Source: Candidatus Bathyarchaeota archaeon
GTDB taxonomy: Archaea > Thermoproteota > Bathyarchaeia > 40CM-2-53-6 > RBG-13-38-9
Direction: 5' to 3'
NCBI GenBank assembly: GCA_963807605.1
Contig: CAWECG010000004.1
Span: 416,001 to 480,000 of the forward strand
Length of the DNA stretch: 64,000 nt
Shown here: piece by piece, positions 39,890 through 50,700 of the stretch
Layout of the letters: each line of letters begins with the position of its first letter
Numbering within the stretch: the first letter of the stretch is position 1
Translations under genes and position numbers: made by a program
Notes under the pieces: model-generated
What the model was told of the DNA's origin: nothing
Database searches by the model: none
What the model saw: the letters and a program-made list of their open reading frames with translations, nothing else

Positions 39890-41461
39890 CTCTTGATTTC
39901 AGAGACGGCTTGAGTGGTAAGTTCTTCTGCAGCCAGGTTCCTGTCAATCCGTAGAACGGATTTGGCTATTTCTCCTGCAGACTCTAGAGCAGTTGTCTTG
40001 ACTAGAAGAGGGTCAATAATGCCTCTTTTCCACATGTCTATTAATTCGCCGCTCTCTATGTCTATGCCAAAACCTTCTGGCGATGCTTTCACAGCCATGA
40101 CTTTTTCAAGCCCGTTGAAACCGGCATTTGTCAGTATCTGACGCATTATGCTCTCAAGTGCCGCAATCACGACATCGAGGCCAATACTTTCCAAACCTTT
40201 CAAGTTAACATTCTTGACTTTTTTTATTAAGTGAAGTTCTGCAGCGCCACCACCGGCGACAACTCCTGTGTTCAGAGCTGCTTCAGCAGCATTGACGCCA
40301 TCTCTAGTGGCCCTCCACCTTTCAAGGGATGTTTCTTTTGTTGCCCCAGATATGATGATGGTAACTATGTTCTTGCCTGACCCATTTTCTATGTATACTA
40401 CACCTTCCTTCTCGTCCTCATAGATGCGGTCTGCTTCCCCCAGGATGTCGGGTTGCTTTAGGTCTTCAAGCATTCTTACCAGCTTTGCGCGTGTATGCCG
40501 TGCTAGGTGTTCTATCTCATCTGTGGAAATTCGGATTGCGAACACTTTGTTCTTGATAAGCAAATTCTCAATGAACTCATCCACCTCGGGAGATGCGATA
40601 AGAAGGGTGTTGACGCCGGTGGCTAGGATTTCATTCACTATTTCTTTCGATTTTCTGATTCGGTCATTTTCCATAGCGGCTATATCGTCATATTTGTTGC
40701 TGTCTTTCATCCATTGTTCTTTGATAGGCTTCAGGTCAAGCTTGCACAACATTATCTTTGGAGTTTTGACCTCCTTGGGCATATCAACGTCCATTCTCTT
40801 TCTTTCCAAGACGATGCCATCGACGACTCTATCCTTCATATTCAGTTTCCTAATGACCATTACAGCCTTGTCGAAGTCATATTTCCCGTCAAATAATGCG
40901 TTATCACCAATAGACCTTATTGCGGATATTACTAAGGGCGCGAGTATTTGTCCATCCAGTTTTGATGCTAAGGAAGTTCTAACAACTTGTTCGAGCTCAA
41001 TTTCATTTATCTTGATTCTTTTTTGCTTCTTCTTCCATCATCTTACAGGCATACTTTACTCCGCTATCTATGCCGCCGACGATCTTTGATGGATGGACCC
41101 CCAGTTCTTTTATGAATTTTTTACCTTCCTTAATCATTTCTGCGGCCATGACTACTGCCGTAGTGGTGCCATCGCCGACCATTTCTTCCTGTCTTTCCGC
41201 TATCTCCACAATCATCCTTGCTACAGGATGTATCGTCTTCAGGGAGAGAAGGATTGTTACTCCATCATTAGTGACGTGTCTGTTCAAAGTCTGATCTATG
41301 AGGAGTTTATCCAGTCCTTTGGGGCCCAAAGTTGTCCTAACTGTTTCAGCTACAGCTACTACGGCATTGCAGTTGGACTCTAGAGCGTCCATCTCCACAT
41401 TTTGAGCCACAGGCCGCCAAACACTATGACCTGGACTAGACACCATTATCCCCCTTTCCAT
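39886..41461 (-). pseudogene. Thermosome-like (Cpn60/TCP-1) chaperonin split by a +1 indel at T6 (41019-41024)
   Basis: TTLGPKGLDK, TNDGVTIL, GDGTTT, GGGAAE, IIDP..VK; removing one base joins both ORFs into ~524 aa. Confidence 0.85.
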
Positions 41462-41524
41462 TAGGAAATAGGTACTTAAAAAAAGGAGTGCGCGCGTAGG
41501 CGCGCATATGTTTGATCGGGTATG

Positions 41525-43252
41525 TCACGCCATGAAGTACCTTTGGGCCAAGGCTAGCTCTTTCGCCGGTTCTACTGTAGCAATCTCTCCGTCAAGTCTT
41601 ACCTCGTAGGTTTCAGGGTCTACTGTTATCTTGGGAGTACTATCGTTCCACACCATGTTCTTCTTGCCTATGTTCCGGCAGTTCTTTACTGGCAATATGA
41701 CCTTTTCGAGTCCTAACTTTTGAGGCACTCCAAGCTCTGCGGCTGCTTTTGATATGAATGTGAAGCTAGTTTTCTTTACTGCCCGACCGAGTGCACCGAA
41801 CATTGGTCTGTAGTAAACCGGCTCCGGAGTTGGTAGGGACGCATTCGGATCTCCCATTATAGACCAAGCTATGAATCCTCCCTTGAAGATCATCTTTGGT
41901 TTCGCTGCAAAGAAGGGCGCCTGATACATTACTATATCTGCGTACTTACCGACTTCAAGGGAGCCGAGATATTCTGCAACACCATGAGTGATTGCTGGGT
42001 TTATTGTTGTCTTTGCGATGTACCGCTTAGCTCTAAAGTTGTCGTTCTCCGGGGAGTCTTCCTTCAGCTTGCCGGTCATCTTTTTCATCTTGTCCGCAGT
42101 CTGCCAGCAACGGATTACTACCTCCCCAATCCTACCCATAGCTTGACTGTCTGCGGAGTACATGCTCAAGACACCTTTATCATGCAGAACATCCTCTGCA
42201 GCGATTGTTTCGGCTCTGATTCTGGATTCTGCAAAGGCGACATCCTCTGATACCGCAGGATTCAGGTGATGACAGAACATCAACATGTCCAGATGCTCAT
42301 CCACTGTATTGACAGTATAAGGTCTTGTCGGGTTTGTTGAAGAAGGAAGTACGTTTGGCTCTCCTGCTATCTTCATAATATCGGGCGCGTGACCTCCGCC
42401 AGCTCCCTCTGTGTGGTAGGTGTGTATTGTTCTACCGTCGATCGCATTTATCGTGTCCTCGACGTAACCGCATTCGTTAATCGAGTCGGTGTGTATCGCC
42501 ACTTGTGTATCCGTGAGGTCCGCTGCTCTAAGCGAAGCGTCTATAACTGCGGCGGTTGTCCCCCAATCCTCATGGTCTTTAAGACCGCATGCTCCAGCCT
42601 CTATCTGTTCCAGCTGAGTGGCGAGTGTTGGGTGTGAGTCGTTGCCTTTGCCCAGGAAGCCCCAGTTCATCGGTGTATCCTCTACAGCTTCCAACATTCT
42701 ATGCATGTTAAAGACGCCAGGAGTACATGTAGTAGCGTTGGTACCGTCTGCAGGCCCGGTTCCTCCACCGATCATATTGCATATTCCATTACTTATCGCG
42801 TCGACGTATTGCTGTGGGCTTATCATGTGAACGTGTGTATCAAAATGACCTGGAGTGCAGATTGTATGTTCCCCGGCGGTGGCTTCCGTACATGCCGAGA
42901 CTACCATGTGAGGATCAACGCCATCCATTACATTGGGATTGCCGCCTTTTCCAATCCCTGCTATTTTGCCGTCTTTTATCCCGATATCGGCCTTCAGGAT
43001 TCCCAGGATAGGATCTAGTATGATGGAATTGGTGATTATGAAATCCAAAGCCCCATTCGCATTTGTAACTCCTGGCGTTTGGCCTAGTCCATCTCTTATT
43101 GTCTTGCCTCCACCGAAGACCTCCTCGTCTCCGTGGGTTATCAGATCTTTCTCTATCTCGATGAGTAGGTCTGTGTCACCTAGTCTTACTTTATCTCCGG
43201 TTGTGGGCCCATAAAGATCACTGTACTGTTTTCTTGTTAGTTTCAAAACCAT
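41525..43252 (-). CDS. ureC: Urease alpha subunit
   Basis: [39 protein letters not shown]. Confidence 0.97.
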   Translation of the reverse strand: MVLKLTRKQYSDLYGPTTGDKVRLGDTDLLIEIEKDLITHGDEEVFGGGKTIRDGLGQTPGVTNANGALDFIITNSIILDPILGILKADIGIKDGKIAGIGKGGNPNVMDGVDPHMVVSACTEATAGEHTICTPGHFDTHVHMISPQQYVDAISNGICNMIGGGTGPADGTNATTCTPGVFNMHRMLEAVEDTPMNWGFLGKGNDSHPTLATQLEQIEAGACGLKDHEDWGTTAAVIDASLRAADLTDTQVAIHTDSINECGYVEDTINAIDGRTIHTYHTEGAGGGHAPDIMKIAGEPNVLPSSTNPTRPYTVNTVDEHLDMLMFCHHLNPAVSEDVAFAESRIRAETIAAEDVLHDKGVLSMYSADSQAMGRIGEVVIRCWQTADKMKKMTGKLKEDSPENDNFRAKRYIAKTTINPAITHGVAEYLGSLEVGKYADIVMYQAPFFAAKPKMIFKGGFIAWSIMGDPNASLPTPEPVYYRPMFGALGRAVKKTSFTFISKAAAELGVPQKLGLEKVILPVKNCRNIGKKNMVWNDSTPKITVDPETYEVRLDGEIATVEPAKELALAQRYFMA

Positions 43253-43258
43253 TTTTCT

Positions 43259-43675
43259 TCACGCTCCTTTGAAGTCTAGTTTCTTCGCCTTTTCAAGAGC
43301 GGCGGACTTGACTGTACTTGACAGTAGACTGCCCATCGTTAGTGCATTGAATCCGTAGACAACCTTCTTGCCGCCTAATTCGCAGATCTCAACTTCTTTT
43401 GAGTCACCCGGCTCAAACCTTACAGCTGTTCCTGCCGGGATATTCAGTCTATACCCGAATGTTTGTCCTCTTGGGAAATCGAGTTTCTTGTTTACCTCGA
43501 AGAAATGCGTGTGGGAGCCTATCTGTATTGGCCTGTCACCGGTGTTCTTCACCGTAATCTTAATGGTCTTTCTATCTTTGTTGCAGATGACTTCTCCGGG
43601 AGCTAGAACGTATTCGCCCGGTAGGACGTGTGTTGGGTGTTCCTCTTTCCTTTTTTCTTCTTTCTGCTTACTCAG
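43259..43675 (-). CDS. ureB: Urease beta subunit (probable CTG start)
   Basis: LPGEY..NTGDRPIQIGSHTHFFEVN..PAGTAVRFEPG; conserved PGEY lies upstream of the ORF-track GTG. Confidence 0.92.
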   Translation of the reverse strand: MSKQKEEKRKEEHPTHVLPGEYVLAPGEVICNKDRKTIKITVKNTGDRPIQIGSHTHFFEVNKKLDFPRGQTFGYRLNIPAGTAVRFEPGDSKEVEICELGGKKVVYGFNALTMGSLLSSTVKSAALEKAKKLDFKGA

Positions 43676-43686
43676 ATTTCATCACC

Positions 43687-43989
43687 TTACTGAATAGGAT
43701 CGTGTACGGTCACAAGTTTGGTGCCGTCTGGGAACGTGCCTTCTACTTGTACAGTGTGTATTAGCTCAGAGACACCGGACATTACATCGCCTCTTCTTAG
43801 TACGGTTCTTGCGGATTGCATCAGTTCTGCAACGCCTTTTCCCTCACGAGCGCCCTCGACTATGTAGCTTGCAATGAAAGCGACCGCTTCCGGGTGATTC
43901 AGCTTTATTCCTTTCTTCTTGCGTTGTTCTGCTATTTGTGCCGCTGTCCAAATCATCATTTTTTCAATTTCTCTTGGAGCCAACATCAT
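43687..43989 (-). CDS. ureA: Urease gamma subunit
   Basis: [23 protein letters not shown]. Confidence 0.97.
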   Translation of the reverse strand: MMLAPREIEKMMIWTAAQIAEQRKKKGIKLNHPEAVAFIASYIVEGAREGKGVAELMQSARTVLRRGDVMSGVSELIHTVQVEGTFPDGTKLVTVHDPIQ

Positions 43990-44138
43990 TTTATTTTCTC
44001 TCTCCTAATTTTATTTTCTCTCTCCTATTTTCATCCTGACTTTTACGCTCACCTTTCATTTGGAAATTTCTTCTCGATTCGAAATCATCTCAGTATTCTT
44101 TTGTAGTTTGTATCCATCTCCTCATGGCGCAGCACTTG

Positions 44139-45194
44139 TCAGGGCCTAGCCCATCCGATGCCAGCTGGGATATTCAACGCGAACGGAGCTGCTAGCAGAA
44201 ATGCCCACGCCGTAAAGACGAACGGTCCAGTCAAAGCTGGAAGCCCCCATTTGCTAAAGAAGTTCTGGAAGGCAGGCATCGTAACCAAGCTGCAGACTAT
44301 TGTTGCAAATACCGCGTACAGGAAGGTTTGCCAAGTCAACGGCAGGAAACTTGTAAGCGCGATCATGACCAGGACTTGGTTGAATCCGTGTACGCCAACC
44401 CTAATTTCTGAAGTCGGAAGCCTCGCCATTATTGCCAGAGCTGCTCCTATCGCGGATCCTATCAGTGCCATCAAACCAGCCAACCAAAGCGTAGATGTCG
44501 GATCCCACCCACTAGTGAAGGCATTCGTGAATAATCGGTCTGGAGGAAAGAGCTCGAAAGAAAGGGTTAGGCCCACAACCCAGAATATTCCCGTCTTCCA
44601 ATTTTCAACAAATGTGACTTGGGAAACCCCATTGAGAACTGCCTTCGTGAATTCTTTTGCCGTCCATTTGAATCCAGCTATCACTGTATCAGCTGGCGCA
44701 CTTGGCCATATGTCATGGCCGTATCTTTTGGTTGCATACATTAGAAGCCATGTTGAGAATATGAAAGATGAAGTAAAGCCCGGAATAGCCCAACCTTTTC
44801 CACCTAAGACGAACCAATCACCCATGACGTGAGCCATCGTCATCCAGACTACCGCAGTGAATGCAGCGCCAAATAATGAAAGTACAAGTGTTGCTCTGTT
44901 GGTCTTTGCGAATGGCCCAGACCAGAATGCCATCCCAGTCAAGATGGAGTTAAATCCGAAAAGACCAAAAGTAACCAGACCATAGGGAGCACCCAATATT
45001 AACGCAACTGCTGCGCCTATTAATCCAGAAACCACCATCATTACACCTGCTTTTCGAGAGGCGATCAAAACTCCAATTAGGATGAGCAGACCAGTAAGTG
45101 CTGAACTAATCAGAGGTACTTCTGAAATCCCATTGAAGAGAATGTAGATGAAATCCAATATTGGATTTCCAGTTACAAAACCTGGTGCCGACAA
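44139..45194 (-). CDS. Urea transporter (UT family)
   Basis: Internally duplicated halves NGISEV/NGVSQV, GLFGFN/GVHGFN, LPALTGPF; adjacent to ureA. Confidence 0.85.
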   Translation of the reverse strand: MSAPGFVTGNPILDFIYILFNGISEVPLISSALTGLLILIGVLIASRKAGVMMVVSGLIGAAVALILGAPYGLVTFGLFGFNSILTGMAFWSGPFAKTNRATLVLSLFGAAFTAVVWMTMAHVMGDWFVLGGKGWAIPGFTSSFIFSTWLLMYATKRYGHDIWPSAPADTVIAGFKWTAKEFTKAVLNGVSQVTFVENWKTGIFWVVGLTLSFELFPPDRLFTNAFTSGWDPTSTLWLAGLMALIGSAIGAALAIMARLPTSEIRVGVHGFNQVLVMIALTSFLPLTWQTFLYAVFATIVCSLVTMPAFQNFFSKWGLPALTGPFVFTAWAFLLAAPFALNIPAGIGWARP

Positions 45195-45875
45195 GTATCC
45201 ATAACCTCCATTGGATTACCCGTACTCAGTTAGATCTTAACACAATACTCTAGTTTTGCCTGGTAGCGCCTTAGCTCGGTGAACCCCACCGGCAGCGCTG
45301 CGCCAGTCCAGTTAATGAGCAGATTATTCATATAAGATAAATGGAAGAAAATCGATACGAATGTCTAAAATTGATAGAAAATCCTATCATTTGTTTAGAC
45401 TAGCATCAGATTTTCTGACCTCCTCGCCTATTGCTACTCGAACGCGTTATGTCAAACGCGCTCGAAACAAGAAATACCTTAAGCACCTAACTTGTTGAGC
45501 AAGACAGGAAGACTGGTTTCATCTGTCATACCCCGTACTAATCTAAATCCTTCAACAATCAAAGACTGGAGGAGATCGTCGGATGCACTAATACGTAAGC
45601 AAACACCCTAAGGAAGTAGCCATTGACGACTACCATTACAAAAATCTGCATAGAGACGCACACACAAATTCATCACACTGGGAAAAAGAACTTCAGGTCT
45701 GAGATGCAGTTAGCGCAGGCTTCATAGATCCTTTTCGACATTCAGACGGTTATGGGTGTGAGATGTTGACGAATCCTATTGGTAGTAGAACCAACCGTTT
45801 TCCTGGCATGGCTTGGATTGTTGTAGAATAAGGCACTTCTGAACGATAAAGGGCTCTAATTCACACTTAGATGAG

Positions 45876-45896
45876 CAAGTCCCGGCGGCCGCACCA
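45876..45896 (+). repeat. tRNA-Gly-like 3' fragment CAAGTCCCGGCGGCCGCACCA
   Basis: 1 mismatch to 49667-49687. Confidence 0.85.
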
Positions 45897-46041
45897 CTCT
45901 AGCAATGAATAGATACAACTTGCCCCCATACTTGCTATTGCTTGCAGGTTTTCATATCGTTCAGAATGGAGAGTTGGACTATGGGTGGCTCTGTAGGCAA
46001 ATTAGCGCGCTTGTCCTGTCAGTTTTTTTGTCAGTCCCACT

Positions 46042-46650
46042 TCAATTTTTTGTGATGTCAAGAAAATATTCATAGATTCTCAAATCTTCAGTGAGCTCAG
46101 GGTGGAAACAGGTTCCTATCATGTTGCCCTGTTGGACAGCAACCGTTCTGCCCTCTAGTTTGCTGAGTACCTTTACGCCTGAGCCAATTTCGACGACTGT
46201 TGGAGCTCTTATGAAGACTCCTCTAAATCTCTCTCCCAAGATGGGAATGTCTAGGTCTGCCTCGAATGATTCACGTTGCCTTCCGAAGGCATTTCTCTCA
46301 ACCGTTACATCCATCAACCCTAAAGTCGTTTGAGCAACCTCCCCCACATTCCGATCGTGGACTTTCTTAGCCAGCATTATTAGCCCTGCGCATGTGCCCA
46401 TTATGGGCATGTCTTCATACGCGCGTTTCTGGAGGGTTTTGGTCACATCGTTAAGGTTGGCGAGTATGCCTATGACTGTGCTCTCTCCGCCTGGAATTAT
46501 TAGTGCGTCTGCTCTTTGAATATCGGTGGATCCTTTGACTGTTTCAACTATACCTTTGAATCCTTTTCGATCCATCGCGTGCCTAGCCGCTTTTACGTGT
46601 TCTTCGATGTCGCCTTGAAATCCTAAGATGCCTACAGTTATATCGCTCAA
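46042..46650 (-). CDS. pdxT: PLP synthase glutaminase subunit
   Basis: PGGEST, GTCAG, RNAFGRQ, FIRAP, FHPEL. Confidence 0.95.
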   Translation of the reverse strand: MSDITVGILGFQGDIEEHVKAARHAMDRKGFKGIVETVKGSTDIQRADALIIPGGESTVIGILANLNDVTKTLQKRAYEDMPIMGTCAGLIMLAKKVHDRNVGEVAQTTLGLMDVTVERNAFGRQRESFEADLDIPILGERFRGVFIRAPTVVEIGSGVKVLSKLEGRTVAVQQGNMIGTCFHPELTEDLRIYEYFLDITKN

Positions 46651-47612
46651 CCACTGCCACGCTCCTGCATTCTCAACTCCAGAGTCTGGAGGTCCATACC
46701 GATCATGGACTTCTTCTCGTCGACCATGCTCTGGGCCTCAGCAACTTTGGATGGATCGTCATGGAATGTTACGGCCAAGACTATTGAGCGTGCACGCTCA
46801 GCAGGATCCTCCGATTTGAATATTCCTGAGCCAACGAAGACCCCGTCACATCCCAGATTCATCATTAAAGCAGCGTCTGCAGGTGTAGCAATCCCTCCGG
46901 CTGCGAAATTAACCACAGGTAACCTTCCAAGCCTTCCAGTCTCGTTCACTAGCTCGTAGGAAGCCCTCAACTCCCTCGCGATCTTAATCAGTTCCTGCGT
47001 GTCTTGTACCTCGTAGATAGATTTGATCCGTCTGATCTCGTTGTTAACAATCCTAGTATGTTTGACAGCTTCTGCAACATTTCCAGTGCCAGGTTCACCT
47101 TTTATCCTGATCATGGCTGCACCTTCTTCTATCCGACGAAATGCTTCTCCAAGATCTCTGGCACCGCACACAAACGGCGTTGTGAAATCCCATTTCCATA
47201 TGTGCCTCTCCTCATCTGCTGGGGTTAAAACCTCGGATTCGTCTATCATATCCACGCCAGCAGTCTCTAAGATCTTTGCTTCCCAAGTGTGGCCTATGCG
47301 GCATTTCGCCATAACCGGGATCGTAACGTTATCCAATATCTCCTTGATCGCGTTGAGGCTGGCGGTTCTGGCTACACCTCCAGATTTCCTTACATCGTAG
47401 GGTAGCTTATCCAGAACCATGACGGCTACCGCCCCAGCCTTCTCAGCAATCCTAGCCTGTTCCACATTTGTGACATCCATTATCACACCGTGCTTAAGCA
47501 TATGGGCGAAGCCACGTTTCAGAAGGGTGCTCCCTTGAACGGTATCAGCCCCCTCGATCCTTGCGTTGTGTACTCCTTTAGGCTGATGTATAGTTCCAGC
47601 TATTGAAATCAT
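46647..47612 (-). CDS. pdxS: PLP synthase lyase subunit
   Basis: [34 protein letters not shown]. Confidence 0.96.
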   Translation of the reverse strand: MISIAGTIHQPKGVHNARIEGADTVQGSTLLKRGFAHMLKHGVIMDVTNVEQARIAEKAGAVAVMVLDKLPYDVRKSGGVARTASLNAIKEILDNVTIPVMAKCRIGHTWEAKILETAGVDMIDESEVLTPADEERHIWKWDFTTPFVCGARDLGEAFRRIEEGAAMIRIKGEPGTGNVAEAVKHTRIVNNEIRRIKSIYEVQDTQELIKIARELRASYELVNETGRLGRLPVVNFAAGGIATPADAALMMNLGCDGVFVGSGIFKSEDPAERARSIVLAVTFHDDPSKVAEAQSMVDEKKSMIGMDLQTLELRMQERGSG

Positions 47613-47636
47613 GGTATATAAGAGGGGGAAGAGATT

Positions 47637-47674
47637 ATATAAGTTTGAACCTATATATCAGTTCGGACTTATAT
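47637..47674. promoter_or_regulatory. 38-bp imperfect palindrome overlapping the divergent pdxS / thrC-padR promoter region
   Basis: ATATAAGTTTGAAC-N10-GTTCGGACTTATAT (12/14 arm match); TTATATAA at 47635-47642. Confidence 0.7.
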
Positions 47675-49139
47675 GGTTCTGCTATGTTCAGATTGTGGCG
47701 TCAATTACGCGGACTCTGAGGCGCTCAGGGTCTGCCGAAGATGCGGGCAGCCTCTATCGGTAACCTATGACTACGACAAGATCAGGGAGACACTTAGCAT
47801 CAAAGAGATCTCCAAGAGACCTTTTCGGCTATGGAGGTATCTCGAACTGCTGCCCATCACAGAGGAGGCTCATGTGATCTCACTGGGCGAGGGCGGAACC
47901 TACCTGCATAGATGCGATAGGCTCGCCAAATCATTGAGGTTAAAGAAGCTATACTTGAAAAATGAGACCACCAACCCTACTGGCTCATTTATGGATCGGG
48001 GCGTAACGGTCACTGTCACCAAGGTTAAACAAACAGGAATCAGAACCGTCTGCTGTGCCCCAACAGGGAATCTTGGCTCCTCCCTAGCAGCCTACGCAGC
48101 CAAAGCAGATCTAGAATGTAGAGTCTTCATCTCACATGAGGTGGACCTTGGTAAGCTCTACCAGATGATAGCCTTCGGTGCCGATGTCCAGACCGCCAGA
48201 GACATAGACGATGCATATCAAAAGGCCACTAGGATCGCTGATAAGAGCTACTTGGTAACCCCAGAAGATCCATACCTCCTCGAGGGAGAGAAGACTATAG
48301 GATATGAAATATGTGAACAACTCGATTGGCACACACCAGACTTGATAGTAGTTCCAATGGGAAGCGGCGGAAACCTCTCAATGATCTGGAAGGGAATTCA
48401 GGAATTCCTCCAAATCGGCTTAATCCGGAATAGTCATGCAGCCATGGTCGGCATTCAGAGCTCAAGCCACTCACCGATAGTAGACGCCTTCAAGGGCGCT
48501 CGTAAACTAGAAAAATCCAAGGGAGAAGGAAGATCTTTAGCTGTTGACATAGCTGTCAAGAATCCCGCTCTTGGAGACGCAGCCTTGAAGGTGATAGAGG
48601 CCTCAAAAGGCATAGCAACAAGCGTCTCCGACAACGAGATTCTAGAAGCAACACGATTACTTGCAAAGACAGAAGGGATCTTCGCCGAACCTGCTGCAGG
48701 CTCCACAATTGCCGGGCTTACGAAACTGGTAGAGTCTGGAGAGGTGGCCAGAGACCAAGAGGTCGTCTGCATAATAACAGGCTCAGGGCTCAAAGACCCT
48801 TACACCGCCCGTAAGTTTGCAGATGAAATGAAGCGTACTCGCAAACTCGTAAACAGTATCGACGAAGGTAGGGATGTCAGGCTCGGCGGTACAAAAATGA
48901 ACATCCTCAAGATCCTTCAGAATAGAGAACTTTATGGTTATGGCATATGGAAGGAGCTGTTAACTTATCATTCGAAAAAAGTCACCATGCCAACAGTGTA
49001 TCAACATCTACAAGAGATGGAGATGCGGGGATTGCTCAAACGTACAAGAAGAGAGGAATCAGTGGGAAGACCAGACCGCTGGTATTACATCCTAACAGAG
49101 AGGGGCAGGGAGGCTCTAAAAGCCTTCAGCAGACTATAG
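47673..49139 (+). CDS. Threonine-synthase-like fold-II domain (catalytic Lys replaced by Met) fused to C-terminal PadR-like wHTH
   Basis: SLGEGGT, NPTGSFMDRG (canonical SFKDRG), EGIFAEP, TGSGLKD; then ILKIL..YGYGIWKEL..PTVYQHL..LE..GLL..YYILTERGRE. Confidence 0.85.
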   Translation: MVLLCSDCGVNYADSEALRVCRRCGQPLSVTYDYDKIRETLSIKEISKRPFRLWRYLELLPITEEAHVISLGEGGTYLHRCDRLAKSLRLKKLYLKNETTNPTGSFMDRGVTVTVTKVKQTGIRTVCCAPTGNLGSSLAAYAAKADLECRVFISHEVDLGKLYQMIAFGADVQTARDIDDAYQKATRIADKSYLVTPEDPYLLEGEKTIGYEICEQLDWHTPDLIVVPMGSGGNLSMIWKGIQEFLQIGLIRNSHAAMVGIQSSSHSPIVDAFKGARKLEKSKGEGRSLAVDIAVKNPALGDAALKVIEASKGIATSVSDNEILEATRLLAKTEGIFAEPAAGSTIAGLTKLVESGEVARDQEVVCIITGSGLKDPYTARKFADEMKRTRKLVNSIDEGRDVRLGGTKMNILKILQNRELYGYGIWKELLTYHSKKVTMPTVYQHLQEMEMRGLLKRTRREESVGRPDRWYYILTERGREALKAFSRL

Positions 49140-49344
49140 CACCTGATCCAATAGAGAATATCGAGGGTCAGTATCACGTCGGGCCGCCCAAGGTCAGACA
49201 GCTCAGACTCAAATGTCGAATGTTATGTTATGAACCTCAATTTCAACCCAATTTCCTCAACAAAAATGCTCTGGGCCCGGTTCGAACATCAGAGGTATGA
49301 ACCCGCGTGAATTTTGAGCCCAAATCTAGCACCGTTAACGCATC

Positions 49345-49442
49345 GAATCCCGTCGGGCTCGCCAACAATAATCGATAAAAATTGTGGCATAATAACGGCG
49401 ATTGTGGTCTACAGGCAATTCAGGTATTCGCACCTAATAAGG
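49345..49442 (+). repeat. 98-bp direct repeat X, copy 1
   Basis: 11 mismatches to 56662-56759 by manual count. Confidence 0.95.
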
Positions 49443-49697
49443 GGTGCATACCGGCGGCTGCACCATTCTAGCGGTTCACAGTATCATCTGTAGACAAGAT
49501 TCCTGAACCTAAACAATTCGCCTTCGACACGGCTGTGAAAGTGTGAATCCCGCCCGGTCCACCATTCTGCACGTTCCGAATGAAAACGGTCTTTTTACGC
49601 ACTATCTTGGAGCTGTGGAAGAGCCACTTGCGAGAGGTAGATAGTTCTTATTCATATCTAGCTAATCAAATCCCGGCGGCCGCACCAATGATTTTTG

Positions 49698-49837
49698 TAT
49701 TGCTTGGTTCATTTGACTGTCATGACTTCCGCCCGCTATTCGAGCCCTAACCAAAGTGAATTGGCCTAAATGCTGAACCGTTCAGATCGGTCAATTTTGA
49801 TGGTATCTGACTCTTTATTTAGTCCAACACCCGCGGG
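49698..49837 (+). repeat. 140-bp direct repeat Y, copy 2
   Basis: Matches 35721-35860. Confidence 0.95.
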
Positions 49838-49854
49838 CCGGCAATTCTCAGTGC

Positions 49855-50700
49855 CTACGTGCTACCGTCTTCTGTTTCAGATCTTTTCGTATGCTGAAGG
49901 GTGGCCATCTTGAGGCGGGACGTCATTTTTCTCAGTTTCTCCGTTGTCCTAATGGGTGATCCATGATTCTGCTCAATCACTTTGACAAACACGCTTCCAA
50001 CGATAGCCCCATCAGCTCCAGCTGCCACAATCTCTCTGATCTGTTCAGGGGTTGATATTCCAAAGCCGGTTGCAAGTGGAATCTCGTCCCTTATGTAGGA
50101 ACGAAACTCCTTAACTAACCTCACAGTCGAATCTGGGAGCCTTCTCCTGGCTCCAGTTACACCAAAGAGTGAGACTAAGTATAGAAAACCTGATGTGTAT
50201 TTCAGGATTTCCTGCAGTCTTTCCGCTGTGGTGGAGGGTGCTGCGAGAAATATTGTGTCGATCTTGGCTTCATCAGCGATCCTCTTGTAAGTGTCTGCCT
50301 CTTCAAAGGGCAGATCAGGGATTACTATCCCGTCAACCCCATTCATCTTTGCTAGTTCCAAGAAATTCTTCAGTCCGCTTTTGTAGATTATGTTATAGTA
50401 GGTCAGAAGTACGACGGGGATCCTGTGTTTTTCCTTGATCTTCTTTACGATCTTCATGACCAGTGGGGGCTTGGTTCCGGCTTTCAATGCTCTGACTGTT
50501 GCAGCTTGAATCGTCGGCCCATCCGCAATTGGATCAGAGAATGGGATGCCAAGTTCAATTACGTCTGCACCTCCTTCAACTAGAGCATCCACAATTCTAG
50601 GAGTGAATTTTGGAGATGGATCGCCCGCGGTCACGTACGTGATCAGCGCGGCCTCATTCCTCTCGCTCAGATCTCTGAAGGTTTCTGCAATAATGGTCAA
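49855..50700 (-). CDS. trpA: Tryptophan synthase alpha
   Basis: [28 protein letters not shown]. Confidence 0.96.
   Translation of the reverse strand: MTIIAETFRDLSERNEAALITYVTAGDPSPKFTPRIVDALVEGGADVIELGIPFSDPIADGPTIQAATVRALKAGTKPPLVMKIVKKIKEKHRIPVVLLTYYNIIYKSGLKNFLELAKMNGVDGIVIPDLPFEEADTYKRIADEAKIDTIFLAAPSTTAERLQEILKYTSGFLYLVSLFGVTGARRRLPDSTVRLVKEFRSYIRDEIPLATGFGISTPEQIREIVAAGADGAIVGSVFVKVIEQNHGSPIRTTEKLRKMTSRLKMATLQHTKRSETEDGST

Larger units (their letters stand above)
49165..49844 (+). repeat. Array of tRNA 3'-end fragments: ends at 49190 (degenerate), 49364 (Lys/Arg-like), 49465 (Gly-like), 49564 (Ala-like), 49687 (Gly-like), 49844 (degenerate)
   Basis: TCGAATCCCGTCGGGCTCGCCA; CCGGCGGCTGCACCA; GAATCCCGCCCGGTCCACCA; TCAAATCCCGGCGGCCGCACCA. 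Confidence 0.85.

Noticed and set aside
47673-49139. Ordinary thrC annotation
   Set aside because: Catalytic Lys absent and DNA-binding domain fused, so the gene symbol is withheld.
49165-49844. CRISPR array
   Set aside because: Repeats are non-identical tRNA 3' ends, spacers are 80-140 bp and uneven, and no cas genes are present.
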